Below are positions 1-8,833 of a stretch of 47,059 nucleotides of DNA, in pieces. Under the pieces are notes generated by a model. The model worked only from the letters and a program-made list of their open reading frames with translations. It did not search any database and was not told the DNA's origin. The stretch covers positions 1 through 47,059 of the forward strand of contig JAJXYH010000019.1 of assembly GCA_021780675.1 (NCBI GenBank). The letters are read 5' to 3'. The translations under genes were made by a program, and so were the position numbers. Origin of the DNA: a bacterium (GTDB lineage Bacteria > Patescibacteriota > Microgenomatia > Levybacterales > UBA12049). Within the stretch, counting starts at the first letter, position 1; every line of letters begins with the position of its first letter.

Positions 1-522
1 GGATTTATTAAGTTCGTTAAGTAAGGCATACATTAAAGTTGATTTTCCCGAACCGGTCGGACCTGTGGTTATGAGTAATCCATTAGGGCTTTTAAGAATT
101 TGTTCTAAGATAGTAAGTTGCAACTGATCGAATCCCATGGTTTTAATGTTGCCCATCATCATTTCCCTATTTAAAATTCTTAGGACCGTAGTTTCTCCAT
201 ATTGGCTGGGTATGGTAGAAACTCTTAAGCTGTACATTCTATTTTCAAAACTAAACTGTGTATGCCCGTCTTGTGGAGCCTGATGATTGGTAATATCAAG
301 TTCCGATAAAACTTTTATCCTTGATACAAGCATATTTAAAGAAGCAATCGGAAGAGTTTGGTATGTAATTAAACTACCGTCTACTCTAAAGCGGATAGTA
401 ACATTGTTTTGTCCGGGTTCAATATGGATATCACTGGCTTTTTGCGCAAAAGCAGCTTTTAAAATTTGCCCAAACCAATCGGTTGCATCACTTGTTTGTG
501 TGTTTGGATCATCCGGTTGCAT
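1..522 (-). CDS. PilB/GspE/ComGA-family secretion/pilus assembly ATPase (runs off the window edge)
   Basis: Not in the ORF track. Manual translation from ATG at 522: MQPDDPNTQ...KASDIHIEPG...IRFRVDG...PQDG...LRVSTIPSQYGETTVLRIL...TGPTGSGKSTLMY (Walker A). No long N-terminal MshEN/N1 domain. Confidence 0.92.
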   Translation of the reverse strand, partial: MQPDDPNTQTSDATDWFGQILKAAFAQKASDIHIEPGQNNVTIRFRVDGSLITYQTLPIASLNMLVSRIKVLSELDITNHQAPQDGHTQFSFENRMYSLRVSTIPSQYGETTVLRILNREMMMGNIKTMGFDQLQLTILEQILKSPNGLLITTGPTGSGKSTLMYALLNELNKS

Positions 523-662
523 ACCTAATTTAATCTTAGTTTAAAACTTAATGGTTAGTCAAATTATAAATGTGTAACAATATTTTTAAAATCCCGTTAA
601 AGTTTATAGGCAGCCAAAACCTGTCTTAGGAAAGGACAAAAATGTTCAATTCTTATTGTTTT

Positions 663-707
663 AAACAGCTCCTGACATTACGAAACTGCCGAGGGGCTGT
701 TTTTTTT
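663..707 (+). terminator. Intrinsic-terminator-like hairpin with U-tract
   Basis: AAACAGCTCC (663-672) pairs with GGGGCTGTTT (693-702, one G-U) and a T8 run follows at 700-707; no annotated + strand gene leads into it. Confidence 0.5.
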
Positions 708-744
708 AAGCATAACTTAAGTATTAAATAGTATTCTGCTTCTT

Positions 745-780
745 GACCCACCCAACATGTGTTTTGAGGTGGGTTCTTTT
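745..780. terminator. GC-rich hairpin just downstream of the crp-like stop codon
   Basis: ACCCACC (746-752) / GGTGGGT (768-774) perfect 7-bp stem; T-tail only on the + strand. Confidence 0.4.
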
Positions 781-782
781 GT

Positions 783-1463
783 CTAGAAGTTAATGTGTTC
801 GCTGGAGTTACTTATAAATTCCTCCTGAAGTTTTTTATAGTTTAGAATTGTTATTTTATGATCGGAATAAGTAATTATCTTTTCTTTTACCAGTTTTTCA
901 AGTTCCCTGCTGGTCGCTTCGCGGGAAAGTCCTGCAAGAGTCCCTAAGACTCTATGAGTAAGAGGAACTTCAATTTGTGTTTGCTTACCATCAGGTTTTC
1001 CAAACCTAACCGTAAGCATCACAAGGATTGAGCTGATTTGGTGGTAAGCATTTTTGGATAAAAGCGAATCCATAAGTTTGGTGATTCCTTCAAGTCCCGA
1101 AAATGCATTTTGTGTTAATAAAAAAAGTAAGTCCGGGTTTTGCTGAAGCGTTTTTATAACTTCTTCTTTAGGTGCTTTTAAAACTTCAACATCTGTTAAA
1201 GCTTCGATAAAATAGATATTAATATTTTGGTTTAACGCCCAAATAAGCGGAAAATACATTCCCGGTTTATAAATATTAAAGGTTATTTCTTTGCCTTCTT
1301 TGGAAATTGTATATAGCCTGGCAAATCCTTTTTTAAGGTAAAATACCCCGGCCGGTTCTTTTTCCGGTTCAACAATCAACTGATCTTTTTTATATATTTT
1401 TACCGGACCGAATTTTGCAAAAAAATTTTCGTCAAGATTTTTATTGGTTGTTTTTTTTGCCAT
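783..1463 (-). CDS. Crp/Fnr family transcriptional regulator
   Basis: cNMP-binding-like N-domain (VFYLKKGFARLY...GKEITF...PG) and C-terminal HTH LTHRVLGTLAGLSREATSRELEKL. Confidence 0.92.
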   Translation of the reverse strand: MAKKTTNKNLDENFFAKFGPVKIYKKDQLIVEPEKEPAGVFYLKKGFARLYTISKEGKEITFNIYKPGMYFPLIWALNQNINIYFIEALTDVEVLKAPKEEVIKTLQQNPDLLFLLTQNAFSGLEGITKLMDSLLSKNAYHQISSILVMLTVRFGKPDGKQTQIEVPLTHRVLGTLAGLSREATSRELEKLVKEKIITYSDHKITILNYKKLQEEFISNSSEHINF

Positions 1464-1636
1464 ATCTTAAGCTGATTTTAAGACAAATTTATAAAAATTA
1501 CCATAGTAACGTTTTATTAAAGTTTGCGTTACATTAAGTATAACACATTTAGTGATTGGTATTGCATTAGACACTATTTATAGTGTATATTATTAAATAG
1601 CAATCATATTCATAGATCTTTAATGAAAGGAGGAAT

Positions 1637-1726
1637 ATGAAACTTAAATTAATTTATATTAAAAATAAGTTAACTAAGTTGCTAGGTAGCATTCTTAATG
1701 TTTATGCTACAGAGTTAATGCTGTAG
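1637..1726 (+). CDS. Putative 29-aa small protein MKLKLIYIKNKLTKLLGSILNVYATELML
   Basis: Strong SD GAAAGGAGG immediately before ATG 1637; divergent from crp; no recognisable homology. Confidence 0.35.
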   Translation: MKLKLIYIKNKLTKLLGSILNVYATELML

Positions 1727-1912
1727 TTTGAATTATGGAAAAAGATTCAAGCAATATTAACTTTAATAATTGTCGGCAGGAAAGTTGAAGTTTCGATAAA
1801 ACCGATAAGGTTGGTATATGTGTTAGTGAACCTGCTTACTCCTTGTAGTTAAATAAATTTTAAGTAATTCTTCAGGTTATTTTTTTACAATTTTTTATAC
1901 AAATATAATATC

Positions 1913-1941
1913 TTGACACGGGAATAAGTTTTGATTATGCT
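1913..1941 (+). promoter_or_regulatory. Sigma70-type promoter
   Basis: TTGACA (1913-1918), 17 nt, TATGCT (1936-1941), 13 nt before ATG 1955. Confidence 0.65.
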
Positions 1942-1954
1942 AATCTTTAAGTAA

Positions 1955-2443
1955 ATGAAGAAATTATTAAAAAATAAGGTTTTTCTTATAGCCTTAGGAG
2001 CGGTTTTAATAATAATAGTTATTATTATTGGATTCGCAGCTTTTTTAAGTAATTCCTCTAAAACAGCGGATAACGGAGTAAGTGCACTTCCAACGCAAAT
2101 ACCGGTTCCAACAATAACTGCAAGTTCATTAGGTTTAACCTTAAAGACGGGTACAGCCGGAAAAACCGTAATCGCGGCAGTTTCCAATATTGATGGAATT
2201 TCTTCAATTGAATATGATCTTTCTTATACCGCAAAAGTTAACGGGGAAGATGTACCTAGGGGAATTATCGGGGAATTTGATCTTACCAAAACCCCGGTTT
2301 CCAAAGAGATTACTCTTGGAACATGTTCCGACGTATGTCATTACGACTCCGATGTAAGGAATTTAAAATTAGATCTTAAGGTCACAAAAACCGATGGAAG
2401 TGTCTATCAATCCACCACCACTTTAGCCTCAACAGGTAATTAA
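1955..2443 (+). CDS. Membrane-anchored hypothetical protein with PT-rich linker and extracellular 'GTCS..C.Y' beta-rich domain
   Basis: N-terminal TM helix, LPTQIPVPT linker, VPRGIIG...ITLGTCSDVCHYD; aligns by eye with the C-terminus of 19883-21073. Confidence 0.8.
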   Translation: MKKLLKNKVFLIALGAVLIIIVIIIGFAAFLSNSSKTADNGVSALPTQIPVPTITASSLGLTLKTGTAGKTVIAAVSNIDGISSIEYDLSYTAKVNGEDVPRGIIGEFDLTKTPVSKEITLGTCSDVCHYDSDVRNLKLDLKVTKTDGSVYQSTTTLASTGN

Positions 2444-2527
2444 TCCCGCTTTTTTAATAAATTCGTTTAAACTCTACTATATTTAGTGTTTCCGGTTTCT
2501 GTTGGCACTAAAAATTCTCATTACCTA

Positions 2528-2590
2528 TTGACAAGACCCTGAAATAAAGCGCAATATTAAATAAAGTGGGAAAAGTTGGGAAATAGTGGG
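2528..2590 (+). promoter_or_regulatory. dcw promoter with three MraZ-binding boxes
   Basis: TTGACA at 2528-2533; GTGGG (2566-2570), TTGGG (2576-2580), GTGGG (2586-2590) at exact 10-nt period, the known MraZ operator pattern. Confidence 0.85.
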
Positions 2591-2608
2591 AAAAGGAGGC
2601 AGGAGAAA

Positions 2609-3052
2609 GTGCTAATCGGTCAATATGATTCAAAAGTTGATACTAAAGGAAGAACAGCGTTACCTAAGAAATTCAGGGAAATCTTGGGTGAAAAGTTAAT
2701 TGTTACTTTAGGTTATGAAAGCTCGCTTATTGTCGTATCAGAGAAAAACTGGAAAGCGTTACTTGAGGGGACAGAAGGAAGGCCGTTTATTGACTCCGCA
2801 ACCCGGCAGACGCAAAGGTTTTTACTCGGAGGAGCTTCAAACGTCGAGCTCGACAATAAGGGCAGGTTTATACTCCCTTATTATCTTAGAGAATATGGAA
2901 AAATTGAGACAGATGTCGTATTCGTAGGGCTTTCGAGGTACGTTGAGATTTGGAGTAAAAAGGTTTGGGAAGAGTATAGGAAAGTCTTAGAAAAAGATAT
3001 CGACACAATTTCGCAAAGATTAGTCAAAAGAGAAAGGGAGGGAAATGAATAA
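2609..3052 (+). CDS. mraZ: Transcriptional regulator MraZ
   Basis: Two DxKGR repeats (VDTKGR, LDNKGR), VEIW; start moved to GTG 2609 after AGGAGG/AGGAG (MLIGQY...). Confidence 0.96.
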   Translation: MLIGQYDSKVDTKGRTALPKKFREILGEKLIVTLGYESSLIVVSEKNWKALLEGTEGRPFIDSATRQTQRFLLGGASNVELDNKGRFILPYYLREYGKIETDVVFVGLSRYVEIWSKKVWEEYRKVLEKDIDTISQRLVKREREGNE

Positions 3053-3941
3053 TTTCCATAAGAGCGTTCTTTTAGACGAGGTTTTAGAACTTTTACAAGT
3101 TAAAAGCAAGGAAAAATACATTGACGCCACTCTGGGTGGAGGCGGACATGCTCTTGGAATTTTAAAATCGGGTGGAATTGTTTTAGGCATAGATCAAGAT
3201 AAAGAGGCACTTGAGCACGTTGCCCTAAAACTTAAAGACAAGATAGAAACAAGGGATTTGACATTAGCTAAGGGAAATTTCAGGGATATCGATAAAATTG
3301 CACATTTAAATAATTTCGGGAAAGTTAAAGGGATTCTATATGATCTGGGGGTTTCCTCACATCAAATAGACGAGCCCAAACGGGGTTTTAGTTTTTTAAA
3401 AGACGGGCCGCTTGATATGAGAATGGATAGTGAAAGCCCTGTAACGGCTGAAGTTTTGGTAAATCTTTTAAAAAAAGAAGACCTTATTAAAATTTTCAGT
3501 GAGTTTGGGCAGGAAAGACGAAGCTTTGCAATCGCAAACGCAATTGTTAAAAAGCGAAAGGAAAAAGCGATAAAAACAACAGGAGATTTATCAAAAATTA
3601 TTGAAAGCGTTTACGGATTTAGAGGCGAAGTGTCTAACTTTAACAAAAACGAGATTAATAAACGGGTCTTTCAGGCGCTTAGGATTGCGGTAAATAACGA
3701 GCTTGAAAATTTAAACGAAAGTTTAATAAAAGCAGTAGGACTTTTGCAAAGCGGCGGAAGGTTAGCGGTAATTTCTTTCCATTCGCTTGAGGATATAAGT
3801 ACAAAAAAAGTATTTGAAAATTTAGAAAGAGAAAATATGGGGAAAATTATTACTTTAAAGCCGATTGAGGCAACAGAAGAAGAAAAATCAGAAAATTCAA
3901 GATCGAGAAGTGCAAAGTTAAGGGTATTTGAAAAAAATTAA
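3045..3941 (+). CDS. rsmH: 16S rRNA m4C1402 methyltransferase RsmH
   Basis: HKSVLL, DATLGGGGH, DLGVSSHQ, GPLDMRM, FQALRIAVN, ISFHSLED, RSAKLR. Confidence 0.97.
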   Translation: MNNFHKSVLLDEVLELLQVKSKEKYIDATLGGGGHALGILKSGGIVLGIDQDKEALEHVALKLKDKIETRDLTLAKGNFRDIDKIAHLNNFGKVKGILYDLGVSSHQIDEPKRGFSFLKDGPLDMRMDSESPVTAEVLVNLLKKEDLIKIFSEFGQERRSFAIANAIVKKRKEKAIKTTGDLSKIIESVYGFRGEVSNFNKNEINKRVFQALRIAVNNELENLNESLIKAVGLLQSGGRLAVISFHSLEDISTKKVFENLERENMGKIITLKPIEATEEEKSENSRSRSAKLRVFEKN

Positions 3942-3942
3942 T

Positions 3943-4227
3943 ATGAAAAAACCTGCCCTATTAATTATATTTTTGATTTCAACAATTATAGTTTTGTCAC
4001 TTGTTAGAACCTATATTTCCAACAATGTTGCAACTTCCGGTGTGGTTTTAGGCCAAATACAAAAGGAAACAGAAAGTTTAAAACTGGAAAACAGCGTGTT
4101 AGCAGAAAAAGTATATGATTTATCTTCTTTGACAAATTTAGCGCAAAAAGCTTATGATCAAGGTTATACGGAAGGAAAGTCAAGTTTTGCCATTGGTACG
4201 ACAATCCCCGTTGCTATAAAACAATGA
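3943..4227 (+). CDS. ftsL: Cell division protein FtsL-like
   Basis: TM helix plus coiled coil between rsmH and ftsI; ATG 3943 follows the rsmH stop. Confidence 0.7.
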   Translation: MKKPALLIIFLISTIIVLSLVRTYISNNVATSGVVLGQIQKETESLKLENSVLAEKVYDLSSLTNLAQKAYDQGYTEGKSSFAIGTTIPVAIKQ

Positions 4228-5909
4228 CCTGGAGATATAAAATCGTATTTATTTCCATTGTGTTTTTCTTCTTTCTGATTATTCTTAGGTTATTTTATTG
4301 GCAGGTTATTAAAGCAAGTGAATTGTCCGACATGGCCCAGGCACAGTACGGCACAGCGATAAAAATTTTGCCCCAAAGGGGAGATATTGAAACATCCGAC
4401 GGATTTCCGATAGCAACCAGTAAAATCACTTACCTTGTTTTTGCAAACCCCCAAGAAATAAAAGATAAGGCAAACTCGGTTGATCTATTATCGCGGTATT
4501 TAGACATAGATGTTGCATCAATTAGTGCTGATTTAAGTTTGGATAAATTCTGGGTTCCTCTTGAGCACGGATTGAGCGTAGAAAATAAGCAGAAAATCGA
4601 AAGCCTTGATCTTCCCGGTATTGGTTTTTCCCAGGAGTATGAAAGACACTATCCGGAGGCATCGATGGCGGCCCAGCTTTTGGGTTTTTTAGGAAAAGAC
4701 GAACAGGGAAATGATAAAGGTTATTTTGGTTTGGAAGGCTATTATGACAGGCTCTTAAAAGGAAAAGAAGGAGCGGCTATTCAGGTTCATGATGCATTTG
4801 GAAGGCCGATATTGGCAAAAATGAATAGCAACCAGAGTGAAGCCGACGGACAGACATTGGTTTTAAACATTAACCGCGCATTCCAGTTTTTGGTCGAAAA
4901 GAAACTAAAAGACGGGGTGGAAAAATACGGGGCTCAAAGTGGAATGGTAGGAATTATGGATCCTAAAACTGGAGGAATATTGGCTATGGCTTCGTATCCC
5001 AAATTTGATCAAAGACACTATCAGGATTACTCAAGCGATTTATATGTAAACCCTTTTATCTCCGACCTTTATGAACCTGGTTCGACTTTTAAACCGATCG
5101 TTATGTCTGCAGCTTTAGATAAAAATTTGGTTACTCCCCAGACAAAATGCAATATTTGTTCGGGGCCTGTTTCGGTTAGCGGGTATGAAATCCATACTTG
5201 GAATGACAAATATTTCCCCGGAATCAATATGATTGAAACCATCCAGCACTCGGATAACACGGGAATGGTATTTGTTGCCCAAAAAATGGGAGTTGACCAA
5301 ATGATAACGGCCTTAAATGAATTTGGAATAGGAAGTAATACCGGCATAGATTTACAGGGTGAAGTTTCGGCGCCGCTTAAGCCAAAAAGCGATTGGTATG
5401 CCGTAGATTTGGCAACTACCGGCTTTGGACAGGGAATATCGGTAACTCCGATAGAAATTTTGGATGCAATCGGAGCAATAGCAAACGAGGGAAAGCGGAT
5501 GGAGCCTCATGTTGTGAATGCGGTTGAAAATTCCGAAGGGAAGTTGGTTAAAATCCCTCCTAAGGTTACAGATTCGCCTATAAGCCCTCAAACTGCCAAG
5601 GTAATGACAGAAATAATGGTTAACGCCGTAAATAAGGGTGAAGCTTCTTTTGCTCGTTTAAAGGGATATAGGATAGCCGGTAAGACAGGAACGGCTTCTA
5701 TTCCGATTGCCGGACATTATGACCCTAACCAAACTATAGCTTCATTTGTGGGTTTTGCGCCTGCCGATAACCCTAAATTTGTAATGCTGGTAATTTTAGA
5801 TAGGCCAACTGCTTCAATTTATGGAGCAGAAACCGCAGCGCCAATTTTTTTCGATATTGCTAAAACTCTGTTAGAATATTATCAGATAGCACCAACAAGC
5901 GGAGAATAA
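4224..5909 (+). CDS. ftsI: Class B penicillin-binding protein (FtsI/PBP3)
   Basis: RGDI, RHYP, GLEGYYD; transpeptidase motifs STFK, SDN, KTG; dcw position. Confidence 0.92.
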   Translation: MTWRYKIVFISIVFFFFLIILRLFYWQVIKASELSDMAQAQYGTAIKILPQRGDIETSDGFPIATSKITYLVFANPQEIKDKANSVDLLSRYLDIDVASISADLSLDKFWVPLEHGLSVENKQKIESLDLPGIGFSQEYERHYPEASMAAQLLGFLGKDEQGNDKGYFGLEGYYDRLLKGKEGAAIQVHDAFGRPILAKMNSNQSEADGQTLVLNINRAFQFLVEKKLKDGVEKYGAQSGMVGIMDPKTGGILAMASYPKFDQRHYQDYSSDLYVNPFISDLYEPGSTFKPIVMSAALDKNLVTPQTKCNICSGPVSVSGYEIHTWNDKYFPGINMIETIQHSDNTGMVFVAQKMGVDQMITALNEFGIGSNTGIDLQGEVSAPLKPKSDWYAVDLATTGFGQGISVTPIEILDAIGAIANEGKRMEPHVVNAVENSEGKLVKIPPKVTDSPISPQTAKVMTEIMVNAVNKGEASFARLKGYRIAGKTGTASIPIAGHYDPNQTIASFVGFAPADNPKFVMLVILDRPTASIYGAETAAPIFFDIAKTLLEYYQIAPTSGE

Positions 5910-5924
5910 GATATAATACCTGAA

Positions 5925-7259
5925 ATGAGAAAAGTGTTTGCAAAATTTATTATTAATTATTTAAGAGTTATTGCAAAACTTAAATTAAGAAGTATAAATC
6001 CAATAATCATCGGTGTAGGCGGCGCAAGCGGTAAGACTACTCTTTCGAATTTTATCTACTTAATTTTTAGTAAAAAATATAAAGTAAGGCAGGGAAAAGG
6101 AAAGAACAGCGAGACAGGAATCCCCTTAGATATTTTAAAGTTATCTACAGGAAGCTATAAATTTTTAGATTGGCTTAGAGTCGTAGTTCAGGCACCTTTT
6201 AGGCTTTTTTTAGACTTTGATAAATATGATGTATATGTTGCAGAAATGGGTATTGATAGTCCGGTTGAGCCTAAAAATATGTCGTATTTACTTAAAATAA
6301 TAAAGCCGCAGATTGCGGTTTTAACAAATATTTCTTATGAACACAGTGAATATTTTGAGCCGCTTGCAATGGATGAAGACTTTAAAAATGTAGAAGAAAA
6401 AATATTAAATTTAACTGCACAACAGGAAATGCTTCTTTTAACCTCGGTAGGAGAATCGGGCACAGCAGTTTTAAATATAGACGACGATTATATAAATTCG
6501 GCGAAAAAAGAAATACAAGCTAAGAAAATTACGGTTTCTCTAAAAAATGATTCGGCAGATTTTTATATTAATGAAATTAAAAACTATGTTGATAAATTCG
6601 ACCTACATTTTATACATGAGGGAGAAAAATATAAATTAACTATCGACAATCCCCTGCCTGTGCATTTTGCATACAGTTTTGTAAGCGCGATTGCGGTTGG
6701 TAAGGCAGGAGGAATAAAAATATCGGAATCGATAAGTATTTTAGAAAATGATTTTTACCTGCCTGCCGGTAGAATGAGTTTTTTTAAAGGCGTTAAAGAT
6801 TCAATTATTGTGGATTCTTCTTACAATAACGCTACTCTTACTCCGATTTTAGACTTACTAGGCTTTGTTAAAGAAATTGGCAACCAAAGAAGAAGAGTTG
6901 GGATCATTGGGGATATGAGGGAGCTTGGAACCATGAGTAAGCCACTGCACGAGGAAGTTGCGAGAAAAATTCTTGAGACCTTGGATGCTGTGATTTTAAT
7001 CGGACCGTTAAGTCAAAAATATATATTACCGATTCTAAGAAGTAATAACTTCCCTGTATCTTCGTTTTTAAACTTTACTTCGGCAAAATCAACAATTTTG
7101 GAGCAAGTTAAGCCTAAGAATATAGTACTGGTTAAGGGTTCGCAGAATACATTATTCTTAGAAAGAGTTGTTGAAATGCTTCTTAAAGACCCTAAAGATA
7201 AAGAAAAACTTTGCAGACGTGGTGAATACTGGGATAGGATAAGAGAGAAAACTTTATAA
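5925..7259 (+). CDS. murF: UDP-MurNAc-tripeptide:D-Ala-D-Ala ligase MurF
   Basis: GASGKTT, EMGID, DSSYN, GDMRELG, VKGSQ. Confidence 0.85.
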   Translation: MRKVFAKFIINYLRVIAKLKLRSINPIIIGVGGASGKTTLSNFIYLIFSKKYKVRQGKGKNSETGIPLDILKLSTGSYKFLDWLRVVVQAPFRLFLDFDKYDVYVAEMGIDSPVEPKNMSYLLKIIKPQIAVLTNISYEHSEYFEPLAMDEDFKNVEEKILNLTAQQEMLLLTSVGESGTAVLNIDDDYINSAKKEIQAKKITVSLKNDSADFYINEIKNYVDKFDLHFIHEGEKYKLTIDNPLPVHFAYSFVSAIAVGKAGGIKISESISILENDFYLPAGRMSFFKGVKDSIIVDSSYNNATLTPILDLLGFVKEIGNQRRRVGIIGDMRELGTMSKPLHEEVARKILETLDAVILIGPLSQKYILPILRSNNFPVSSFLNFTSAKSTILEQVKPKNIVLVKGSQNTLFLERVVEMLLKDPKDKEKLCRRGEYWDRIREKTL

Positions 7260-7583
7260 TTTTAGGTTCAATTTGTCTCCAAGTCCGGTTTTAGAATTAT
7301 TAACACTGCCTGCAGGCAATTCCAAAACGATATCATACTTTGGATTCCATAAAATTACTCTATTGGGTTTAACGGATTCTTTGATAAATACAACTTCATA
7401 TCTTTTATTTAATACAATAAGGTCGAATGGTTTACTCATTAAAAAAGTGTGTATTCCAAAGCGGGTCCTAAAAACAATCGCCTCAACTTCTTGTTTAAAT
7501 AAAAGTCCAACCATTTTCGAAAGTCCTGTTTTATATAAAAAATTATTTGCAATAACAGTTTTTTTAGACTCGTTTTTTATCAT
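7254..7583 (-). CDS. DUF192 family protein
   Basis: KMVGLLF...IHTFLMSKPFDLIVL...VLELPAG...GLGDKL pattern; own TATAAT 7 nt upstream. Confidence 0.8.
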   Translation of the reverse strand: MIKNESKKTVIANNFLYKTGLSKMVGLLFKQEVEAIVFRTRFGIHTFLMSKPFDLIVLNKRYEVVFIKESVKPNRVILWNPKYDIVLELPAGSVNNSKTGLGDKLNLKL

Positions 7584-7639
7584 TCATCTTATTATACAAA
7601 AACTAGAGAAAGGTAAAAATAAAAGGTATAATACTGTTT

Positions 7640-8833
7640 ATGTGGCAAAAGATTAAAAATCAGTACCATTTATTTATGGCTGTTCTTGCTAATGCGGCAT
7701 ATCTTTTCCCTACCAGAAAAATAAAAGTAATAGGTGTTACCGGTACAGACGGAAAGACAACTACTGTAAGCTTAATTTATCATATATTAAGCGCAAATAA
7801 TTTTAGGGTTTCGATGGTAACAAGCATAGGCGCAGTAATAAACAATAAAAATTTTGATATAGGATTTCACGTTACTACCCCCAGTTCATTTTCATTACAA
7901 AAATTAATAAAAATGACCAGCATTAAAGAAACAGACTATTTTATATTAGAGGTAACATCTCATGCGATCGATCAGAATAGAATCTACGGAATTCCTTTTG
8001 AAATTGGGGTGTTAACGAATGTGACCAATGAACACTTGGATTATCATAAAACCTATAAAAATTATTTATACACCAAATTAAAATTGATATTTAAGGCAAA
8101 AATTGGAATTGTTAATTTTGATGATGACTCTTATTCTTATATTTCAAAATTAAAAGAAACAAATAAAAACCATAAACTTTTAACGTTCGGCTTATCGGAT
8201 AAAGCGGATATAAATCCGAATAATTTTAATTTAGGAGCAGTTAACTTTAAAGATAAATTTAATCAATATAATTTATTAGCTGCCGTAGCTGCGGTAAGAC
8301 AACTGGGGGTTACAAATAATCAGATAATTAATGCATTAAAAGTATTTAAGATGCCAATTGGAAGAATGCAGACTATATATGATAAAGATTTTAAAGTTGT
8401 TATCGATTTTGCCCATACTCCTAATGCTTTTTATCAAATTTTAAGTTATTTTCGTCCCATTATTAAGGGAAAAATAATTCACGTTTTTGGTAGCGCAGGG
8501 GAAAGGGATGCAAAAAAGAGACCAATCTTAGGAAAAACATCTTCCGAATACTCTGACGTTTTAATTTTAACAGCAGAGGATCCCAGGAGTGAAAATGTTG
8601 ATAAAATAATTAATGAGATTTCAGTAGGAATTAAAAATGAGAAAGTAAACATTTTAAAAATTCCCAATAGAAAAAAGGCAATAGAAGAAGCCGTTAAAAT
8701 GGCGAAGAAAAACGATTTAATAATTATTACGGGAAAAGCGCATGAGAAATCTATGAATATGGGAAATGGGGAAGAAGCGTGGGATGAGTTCTCCGTTGTA
8801 GAAAAAGCGCTTAAAATACATGAAAAAAATTAA
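7640..8833 (+). CDS. murE: UDP-MurNAc-dipeptide amino acid ligase MurE (short N-terminus)
   Basis: VTGTDGKTTT, LEVTSH, EHLDYH, DFAHTP, EDPRSE, GKAHE. Confidence 0.92.
   Translation: MWQKIKNQYHLFMAVLANAAYLFPTRKIKVIGVTGTDGKTTTVSLIYHILSANNFRVSMVTSIGAVINNKNFDIGFHVTTPSSFSLQKLIKMTSIKETDYFILEVTSHAIDQNRIYGIPFEIGVLTNVTNEHLDYHKTYKNYLYTKLKLIFKAKIGIVNFDDDSYSYISKLKETNKNHKLLTFGLSDKADINPNNFNLGAVNFKDKFNQYNLLAAVAAVRQLGVTNNQIINALKVFKMPIGRMQTIYDKDFKVVIDFAHTPNAFYQILSYFRPIIKGKIIHVFGSAGERDAKKRPILGKTSSEYSDVLILTAEDPRSENVDKIINEISVGIKNEKVNILKIPNRKKAIEEAVKMAKKNDLIIITGKAHEKSMNMGNGEEAWDEFSVVEKALKIHEKN

Noticed and set aside
287-544. 85-aa + strand ORF from the track
   Set aside because: Antisense shadow of the PilB/GspE ATPase, which has clear motifs on the minus strand.
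523-782. c-di-GMP or other known riboswitch upstream of the ATPase
   Set aside because: No known consensus recognised, and the terminator U-tract is on the wrong strand for that gene.
1464-1636. Canonical CRP box in the crp upstream region
   Set aside because: Only weak matches (AGTGA-N6-TTGCA; short ACACTA/TAGTGT repeat), not distinguishable from AT-rich background.
2576-2608. Longer TTG start for mraZ
   Set aside because: It falls inside the MraZ operator boxes; GTG 2609 has an SD and gives the typical N-terminus.
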